From Candidatus Heimdallarchaeota archaeon (GTDB lineage Archaea; Asgardarchaeota; Heimdallarchaeia; Heimdallarchaeales; Kariarchaeaceae), in assembly GCA_030149205.1 (NCBI GenBank), contig JASBSB010000007.1, positions 30,001 to 62,000 of the forward strand: a DNA stretch of 32,000 nucleotides. The letters are read 5' to 3'. Below are positions 25,612 to 32,000 of this stretch, in pieces. Position 1 is the first letter of the stretch. Every line of letters starts with the position of its first letter. A program made the translations under genes and the position numbers. Below the pieces are notes generated by a model. It saw only the letters and a list, made by a program, of their open reading frames with translations, had not been told where the DNA came from and made no database searches.

Positions 25612-26613
25612 TTATAACTTTGCTCCACAAGATCCACAGAATTTTGCTTCAGCTGATACATGATTTCCACAGTTCACACAAAATTTTTCTTTCCCTTTAA
25701 GTTCATCATCAGTTGGGTCACCACAGGAGGGGCAGAATTTTGCAGCTGGAGAGAACATTGCTGAGCATTGATTGCATTTTATCATAACTTCTTCTGGTTT
25801 TGCAGCACCGGATTTGATTTGATCTGCTTTTCTCATCATTTCAGGCATCAAGAATGCTGTAGCCCCAAGCCCAGCTGCAGAATCACTGGGGAGTGCACCT
25901 GCTACATCTTTCATTGCAGAAAATGTTTGAATCTGATTTACATCAACACCAGATCTCATCCAGAAAAGTCTATCACGATATTCAGGAGTCGTATCTAATC
26001 CTGCGAAGTTTACGTTCTTCACACCGATTCCAAAATTCTTAAGATCTTTGTCAACAAGCTTCTCAACGTCCTTTGATGTTTTGGTAGATTCTTTCATCAC
26101 ATCGACAATGCTAAAATCTGAGAGTGACGAAATAAGCTGTTCCTGGAAAAATGATTTGAAAAATTCTTCAAAGCTGTTTTGTGAGAAGAGGTTTCTGTTT
26201 CCAACAATTTCCATTGCAAATTTTACAGGATCTGTGACATGATAAATATAATCGCCATAAAATTGTAGAGGAGCTAATTCTTTGGTCTGACTTCTACCAC
26301 CGAACTTTGCTCGGAAATCAGCTGTAGAAACAAATATTACCTCTGCATGGAAGGGATTTTTGTCATATCCTTTGATTGCTGATAACACTCTTGAAAGATA
26401 GGGGATGTTGTCGGTTTTTAGAACGTAATTACCGGGGGTAAATACATCATATACCTTCCCTTCTTGCATAAAAACTGCAACTTGATTAGGTTTGACAGTT
26501 AAATTATCTCCCCACTGAAGACGGTCTCTTGGGTGTCTCCAAACAATCTGTTGTCCAGATTGATCTAACCATTCAATAATTTCTGGCATAATCTCATCTT
26601 TAAATATTAACAT
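25612..26613 (-). CDS. SPFH-domain protein with C-terminal double zinc ribbon (YdjI-like)
   Basis: IVWRHP...GDNLTVKPNQVAVF...DVFTPGNYVLKTDNIP...PFHAEVIFV is the soluble YdjI-type SPFH pattern. The C-terminus has CNQC/CPSC and CVNC/CGSC. No TM segment is seen. Confidence 0.85.
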   Translation of the reverse strand: MLIFKDEIMPEIIEWLDQSGQQIVWRHPRDRLQWGDNLTVKPNQVAVFMQEGKVYDVFTPGNYVLKTDNIPYLSRVLSAIKGYDKNPFHAEVIFVSTADFRAKFGGRSQTKELAPLQFYGDYIYHVTDPVKFAMEIVGNRNLFSQNSFEEFFKSFFQEQLISSLSDFSIVDVMKESTKTSKDVEKLVDKDLKNFGIGVKNVNFAGLDTTPEYRDRLFWMRSGVDVNQIQTFSAMKDVAGALPSDSAAGLGATAFLMPEMMRKADQIKSGAAKPEEVMIKCNQCSAMFSPAAKFCPSCGDPTDDELKGKEKFCVNCGNHVSAEAKFCGSCGAKL

Positions 26614-26742
26614 AAAAGTTTAATCAGGGAATATAAGCAATTATGCCAACTATCATGAACTTTTTCACACAATTTCATATTCCACAGTGAATTTATTACC
26701 CAATCCGAGTAATATTTTTATGCTTTCTTGAAATCGGCATTT

Positions 26743-27756
26743 ATGTCTCAGATAGGTTTAGTGGAGGGAAATTGTCCCACGTGTTCTGCACCGACAAATG
26801 TTAATCCAGAGGATATCATTATAATCTGTGAGTTTTGTGGAACAGCGTTTTCAACATCTTTTAAGAAGATTGAGAATCACTTTATATTCCCTCCAAAAGC
26901 CGATTTACAAACAATTCAAACTGAGCTAATCGACAAAATCAATAAAAAGCTGAAATTTCGTGGTGTGAAGGTGAATCAAAGCATCACTTTAGAGAAGGTA
27001 TTCGTCCCTTTCTGGCTTGTGAAGCTTAAGGCAGATACACATTACGAAGGGTATAGACGAGAGTCCAGAACCAAGACAAGAACTGTCACAAGAAATGGTA
27101 AAACCGAGACTGAGACAGAGCATATCACGGTGTATGTTCCTGTATCAAGAAACATCAATGAGACCAGAATTATTCCGGTTCTGTCTAGAAGATCCAAGGC
27201 ATTATTCGGTGTTAAGGGTATTTCTAATAGACTCATTCAAAAGATAAACACAGAACAACCCATGAAATTTTCAAAAGACTTACTCCTTGATGAGGTTGAG
27301 AGAATCAAATTCTTGAAAGCTGAGCTGAACCAGTATGAGGGAAAAGAAACTGGTGAAACTGTTATACAGGATGAACACCGAAGCAGGGCATCAAAAGATA
27401 CCACAGAACTTTTTGATTGTAGAACTTCTGTAAATGTGTTAGAAACAATTTTATTACATTATCCAATTATAAATGCCGAGTATACTGTCAATCATAAGAC
27501 TTTTCGAGTTGTTTTGGATGGGACCACATCACAGATACTTAGTGCAGAATATCCTATTACTCTGAGATATAAATCACTGGCTGTTTCAATACTTAGTATT
27601 TTGGTGCTTGTTCCATTCATTGTTTATGCTTATTTGGAGCAGACTGGGCGAACAATTTCTGATGTCCTTCTTTTCATAACAGTAGTGGGAGGAGTAATAG
27701 CATTTTTCGTCAATTATAAACTGTGGCAAACAGAATCACGGGAGGTCTTAGCATGA
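26743..27756 (+). CDS. Zinc-ribbon membrane protein (YdjG-like), copy 1
   Basis: CPTC...CEFCG zinc ribbon, VFVPFW motif, HYPI...Y...VVLDGTTSQI motif, two C-terminal TM helices. ATG 26743 is preferred over TTG 26728. Confidence 0.7.
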   Translation: MSQIGLVEGNCPTCSAPTNVNPEDIIIICEFCGTAFSTSFKKIENHFIFPPKADLQTIQTELIDKINKKLKFRGVKVNQSITLEKVFVPFWLVKLKADTHYEGYRRESRTKTRTVTRNGKTETETEHITVYVPVSRNINETRIIPVLSRRSKALFGVKGISNRLIQKINTEQPMKFSKDLLLDEVERIKFLKAELNQYEGKETGETVIQDEHRSRASKDTTELFDCRTSVNVLETILLHYPIINAEYTVNHKTFRVVLDGTTSQILSAEYPITLRYKSLAVSILSILVLVPFIVYAYLEQTGRTISDVLLFITVVGGVIAFFVNYKLWQTESREVLA

Positions 27757-28757
27757 CGACACTTATAGATGTGAAATGTGAACAGTGTGGAGCAGACCTT
27801 CGTGTATCAGAAAATGCAACGATTGCAAAGTGTCCATATTGTAATTACTTTACACAACTAAAAGAGGTAAAGGAGACTGAAGAGAGATATCTGCTGACAG
27901 TAAACCATCAGATTGAGGATCTAGAAAAACTACTTGTTGGTGACTTACTCAAGGTTCCTACAGTACCTTCTTCAATAAGAAATTCAATTCAGATCATAAA
28001 TGCAAAGCTGGTTTACGAACCATACTTTGTTTCAACTGTACATGGAAACATGAAGTGGAGGGGTGAGGGAAGATCTGCAAACTACTCTTTTTCCTACGAG
28101 GGGGGATATCGAAACATTTCATTTTATCTTAAACCAGAGGCAGGTGTATTTGACGATTTTCAGATATTTGTTCAATATGCAGGAAATCGAAGAGAGGATG
28201 TTTTTCAAAACTACCTCCTTTCAACAGAGGGAAAAGAATTTTTTGCAGAGAGCACAGTTTCCTCAAGAGGTGGTGAAATAGAAAAGGAAGCCTTTGATTT
28301 TTCCCAGGCTGGTGAACGATCAGTAGGTTTTCTGAGGAATAAGCAGCTTAATTTGTTGAATCAAGAGATACAAAAAGTTCAAGATAAAGAAGAAAAATAT
28401 AGACTTCTGAACAATGAACTAATCTACGTTCCCTTCTGGATTGTTGATTTTGCCTATAAGAAGGGGGCAAAAACTAAGAAAGCAATTGTAGATGCCTCCA
28501 GCGGTGATACACTCATACTTGAAATTCCAAAAGGCAGGTTATTTATTATGACGCTGTTTTTTTCAGTTTTTATTTACTCTATGCTCATTGGTTTAACATT
28601 TTTGTTTGACCCAACCCTACTAATTGATATTTCAAATGATAAACTTCCTTTAGGTGTCAGATTTACTGGACCGATCTTCCTAATTATCTTTGTAGGATTG
28701 CTTATACAGACCATGACCTATCTTCTGAGGTCTACGTTTAAAGAAAGAAGACTTTAG
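27753..28757 (+). CDS. Zinc-ribbon membrane protein (YdjG-like), copy 2
   Basis: CEQCG...CPYC, VYEPYF, IYVPFW...IVDASSGDTL, two C-terminal TM helices. ATGA overlap with copy 1 and a GGAGGT RBS. Confidence 0.7.
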   Translation: MTTLIDVKCEQCGADLRVSENATIAKCPYCNYFTQLKEVKETEERYLLTVNHQIEDLEKLLVGDLLKVPTVPSSIRNSIQIINAKLVYEPYFVSTVHGNMKWRGEGRSANYSFSYEGGYRNISFYLKPEAGVFDDFQIFVQYAGNRREDVFQNYLLSTEGKEFFAESTVSSRGGEIEKEAFDFSQAGERSVGFLRNKQLNLLNQEIQKVQDKEEKYRLLNNELIYVPFWIVDFAYKKGAKTKKAIVDASSGDTLILEIPKGRLFIMTLFFSVFIYSMLIGLTFLFDPTLLIDISNDKLPLGVRFTGPIFLIIFVGLLIQTMTYLLRSTFKERRL

Positions 28758-28843
28758 TAAGACCGAAAATTAAAGCATTATACAATGTGAATAGTTTGGA
28801 CTTAGATATTAATAGCTTTAAACCCTGAAAGAATTACTTCAAA

Positions 28844-31690
28844 ATGGACGATCCTCGTTTACAGCTCTCTAAAGAAATTTTATCTCCTAACATTAAGCTT
28901 TTTGGTGATATTTTAGGTGAAGTTATCGTTGAACAAAATGGTGTAGAATCATTGGAATTGGAGGAAGATGTAAGAAAGCTTACAAAGGAATTTAGAGAGA
29001 TAGGTAATTCAGAGGCACTTATTCAATCAAAAAGAATAATAGAACAGCTTAATTTAGGGAACAAAAATTTATTAATACGGGCATTTAGCATCTTCTTTCA
29101 ACTTGCTAACTTGGCAGAAGAAGACTATAGGATACATGTAAATAATACCTACAAAGATACTGAAAATGACACATTGACACACATGATTCAGGATATCAGG
29201 GCTTATAATTTGAGCCCTGAAGAGTTAATCTTACTGTTTCAGCAGATTCATATAAGGTTAGTCTGGACAGCTCACCCCACTGAGGCAAGACGAATGTCAA
29301 TTATGACAAAATTAAGGCAAATATTTCAATTGATTGAAAAGGTGGAATCTTATGATTCTAAGAGTTTGGATTATCATTTTAACAGAAAAAGGATTAAGGA
29401 ATTGGTGACTCTCCTTTGGCAATCTGATGATTTACGGGAACAAAAAGTGAAGGTACTTGATGAGGTCAGAACTGGTCTTTTCTATTTTGAGAGTACAATT
29501 TTTGAAACCTTACCAAAACTGTATATGGATTTAGAGGTGTTGTTAGCAGAAGCATATCCAAATTTTGATTGGAGTAACTTACCAACATTTTTGAATTTTG
29601 GATCCTGGGTTGGGGGAGATCGAGATGGCCACCCAGGGGTAACCTCTGAAATTACAATTCAGACCCTCTTGTTACATAAGAGACTTTGTTTGAGAAAATA
29701 TATTGATGGGGTTAATACACTTATCCAAGATTTATCAATATCCACAAGTCTGGTCCCTATTTCAGAAGAATTACGTGTTAATCTAGAGAATGAAACTGAG
29801 AAATTCACAGATTTTGCAAAATACACCTCAAGTCTAAACAAGACAGAACCCTATCGTAGAAAGCTTGATTTTATGAGATTGAAGCTTGAAAATACGTTAG
29901 AAAGGGTTGAAGAATTAGCGGAACAGGTGGGATTAGGGAGAACATTGGTTGGTTCTCACCTGATGACACAAATTAACCCAGATTATTTTATTTATTACAA
30001 ACGTTCTACTGAGTTTTTGGAGGATTTGAATATTTTAAGAAAATCTTTGACTGAGAATAAAGCTTCAATTATCGCCCATGGTGAGTTAGAGTTTATCATC
30101 AAACAGGTAAATATCTTTGGGTTTCATCTTGCACCACTTGATTTGAGACAGCACTCTAAACGTCACCTTGAAACAGTTTCAGAGATTTTTCATTTCATCG
30201 GTGTGCAAGATTTTGATAAGCTGGGATTTGAGGATAAAAGAGACATATTGCTTAAAGAGCTGAACAATCTTAGACCACTGGGTGCTCTGTTTAATCTCAA
30301 TAATTTTTCAGATAATGTTAAAGAGATTATTAGAACTTTATTAGTGGCTAAACAATCAATTGAAACCATATCACCTCGTGTGATTGATTCTTACATCATT
30401 TCAATGAGTAAGGATGAAACAGATGTTTATAATCTGATGTTGTTGATGAAGGAGATTGGATTGATCAAAATCAAGGATGGAAAGGCAATTTTTGGTCTTA
30501 TAGATATAGTTCCACTTTTTGAGACCAAGCTGGATTTAGAAAATGCACCAGAAGTTATGGATAGACTCTACTCAGACCCACTTTATAGATCCTACATCAA
30601 TTTAAAGCAAAACACACAGGAGATTATGATTGGGTATAGTGATAGCATGAAGGATGCAGGATTTCTTCAATCTAATTTCATGCTTATTCAGGCACAATTG
30701 AGGTTGAAAGAAGTTGCAGATAAGCATGGGGTAAAACTTAGAATATTTCATGGGAGAGGAGGTTCTATTTCAAGAGGCGGAGGTCCCACACACAAGTCAA
30801 TTTTAGGGCAACTCCCTGAGACCGTTTTTAACATCAAAATTACAGAGCAAGGAGAGGTAATAGGATTCAATTATGCAAATAAACTCATTGCTTACAGACA
30901 TTTAGAGCAAATTGTAAGTGCAGGTGTGTATCGCTGTGTCAGTGACATAAAGCTTCCGAGAGAGCAAAACAAGGCTTACAACTATGAAAGATATTTTAGT
31001 GTATTGAAAGAACTAGCCTCTACCTCCTATATCACATATGAGAAGTTGGTGAAACACGATCCAGAATTTTTGAAGTTTTACCAAGAATTTACACCTTTGG
31101 ATGTGATTGAACGAGCTACAATTGGATCACGTCCGAGTAGAAGAGGTATTGGAGAAGTTAAGGGAATCGAGGACCTTCGTGCCATTCCTTGGGTCTTTTC
31201 TTGGATGCAAACGAGATTAATTTTTACAGCCTATTATGGAGCTGGTACAGCACTTCGTACATTCATCAGTCAAAAGGGAATAAGTACTTTAAAGGAAATT
31301 TATACTGAATGGCCTTTTTTTCAATCATTAATTGATAACCTTCAAATGATCTGTACAAAGGTTGATATTGATATTGCAAAACAATATCTGGAGCTTTGTC
31401 TGACTGCGGATGTGAAAATATTCGATCAAATCTCTGAGGAGTATGATAAAACCAAGGCTAGTATACTCGAATTGGTGGGTGAAAAGGAACTTTTAGAGAG
31501 TGCACCAGACATTAGAAACTCAGTTCTCAGAAGAAATCCCTACACAGATCCATTAAATCTTATTCAGGTGGAGCTTGTAAAAGAATGGCGTAGTAAAGGT
31601 AAACCCGATGATCTTTCATCCACGGGATTGTTAAGGTCTCTTTTACAAACTGTCAATGGAATTGCAGCAGGTCTAAAAAACACAGGTTAA
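28844..31690 (+). CDS. ppc: Phosphoenolpyruvate carboxylase, bacterial/plant type (948 aa)
   Basis: WTAHPTE (catalytic His), FGSWVGGDRDGHP, QEIMIGYSDSMKD, FHGRGGSISRGGGP, LRAIPWVFSWMQ and a C-terminal KNTG. Confidence 0.96.
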   Translation: MDDPRLQLSKEILSPNIKLFGDILGEVIVEQNGVESLELEEDVRKLTKEFREIGNSEALIQSKRIIEQLNLGNKNLLIRAFSIFFQLANLAEEDYRIHVNNTYKDTENDTLTHMIQDIRAYNLSPEELILLFQQIHIRLVWTAHPTEARRMSIMTKLRQIFQLIEKVESYDSKSLDYHFNRKRIKELVTLLWQSDDLREQKVKVLDEVRTGLFYFESTIFETLPKLYMDLEVLLAEAYPNFDWSNLPTFLNFGSWVGGDRDGHPGVTSEITIQTLLLHKRLCLRKYIDGVNTLIQDLSISTSLVPISEELRVNLENETEKFTDFAKYTSSLNKTEPYRRKLDFMRLKLENTLERVEELAEQVGLGRTLVGSHLMTQINPDYFIYYKRSTEFLEDLNILRKSLTENKASIIAHGELEFIIKQVNIFGFHLAPLDLRQHSKRHLETVSEIFHFIGVQDFDKLGFEDKRDILLKELNNLRPLGALFNLNNFSDNVKEIIRTLLVAKQSIETISPRVIDSYIISMSKDETDVYNLMLLMKEIGLIKIKDGKAIFGLIDIVPLFETKLDLENAPEVMDRLYSDPLYRSYINLKQNTQEIMIGYSDSMKDAGFLQSNFMLIQAQLRLKEVADKHGVKLRIFHGRGGSISRGGGPTHKSILGQLPETVFNIKITEQGEVIGFNYANKLIAYRHLEQIVSAGVYRCVSDIKLPREQNKAYNYERYFSVLKELASTSYITYEKLVKHDPEFLKFYQEFTPLDVIERATIGSRPSRRGIGEVKGIEDLRAIPWVFSWMQTRLIFTAYYGAGTALRTFISQKGISTLKEIYTEWPFFQSLIDNLQMICTKVDIDIAKQYLELCLTADVKIFDQISEEYDKTKASILELVGEKELLESAPDIRNSVLRRNPYTDPLNLIQVELVKEWRSKGKPDDLSSTGLLRSLLQTVNGIAAGLKNTG

Positions 31691-31803
31691 AAGAGAATAG
31701 TGGAGTAAATTTCTAAAAAATAGTTGCGATTATAATTAAGTAAGAAGTAAAATATTATATTTAGATATAATAGTGATTGTATAGTTGGAAAAGGAGATCA
31801 AAA

Positions 31804-32000
31804 ATGAGTACAGTCATTTATAACAAAGAAGGAACCTTTCTGAGCACAGTTAAAAACATTGCTAAAATTACATTGAACAAACCGGGATCATTAAATGCAC
31901 TTGGTCCAGATCTATTAGGTGATTTGGAGGATGCATTTACGAAGGCAGAAGAAGACCCAGAGGTAAGAACAATTATTATTACTGGTGAAGGAAAGGCATT
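31804..32000 (+). CDS. Enoyl-CoA hydratase/isomerase family protein, 3'-truncated at the window edge
   Basis: Manual translation gives MSTVIYNKEGTFLSTVKNIAKITLNKPGSLNALGPDLLGDLEDAFTKAEEDPEVRTIIITGEGKA, a crotonase N-terminal signature. It is not in the ORF track. Confidence 0.88.
   Translation, partial: MSTVIYNKEGTFLSTVKNIAKITLNKPGSLNALGPDLLGDLEDAFTKAEEDPEVRTIIITGEGKA

Noticed and set aside
3077-29841. Short ORFs overlapping larger genes (for example 3077-3370, 4727-4918, 8595-8798, 9679-9882, 11590-11829, 12840-13136, 13287-13475, 14825-15157, 15390-15608, 15512-15871, 17070-17306, 17462-17701, 19580-19816, 21324-21521, 23357-23593, 23790-23999, 24251-24436, 24530-24721, 25768-25998, 26048-26242, 27042-27236, 28063-28281, 29659-29841)
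   Set aside because: They are antisense or frameshifted shadows of well-supported genes and have no recognisable motifs.

Overview
AT-rich, gene-dense archaeal DNA that is almost certainly from an Asgard archaeon, probably Heimdallarchaeia (inferred from gene content). The centre of the window is a seven-gene, co-oriented, eukaryote-like ESCRT cluster at 10453-15822: Vps23/TSG101-like UEV, Vps28, Vps22, Vps4, Vps25, a Vps2/24-class ESCRT-III and a Snf7-class ESCRT-III. No ubiquitin, E1, E2 or E3 gene lies beside it. About 10 kb downstream is a divergent three-gene module (one YdjI-like SPFH/zinc-ribbon protein and two YdjG-like zinc-ribbon membrane proteins). It resembles the partners of PspA, the bacterial ESCRT-III homologue, but no pspA is present. 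Two tRNAs absent from the ORF track both carry unusual introns: tRNA-Pro(CGG) has a 10-nt 37/38 intron with no outer helix, and tRNA-Ser(CGA) has a 29-nt T-loop (59/60) intron with a perfect bulge-helix-bulge. Other notable genes encode a 908-aa TrmB-like protein with a giant coiled-coil insert, a longin-like protein and a bacterial-type PEP carboxylase. The rest is housekeeping (Dim2, Nog1, topoisomerase IA, YggS, MeaB, PhoU, stomatin, UbiX, ZPR1, Taw1, an ABC exporter). No CRISPR array, rRNA or mobile element was seen. All family calls come from motif recognition by eye and memory; no database searches were run.
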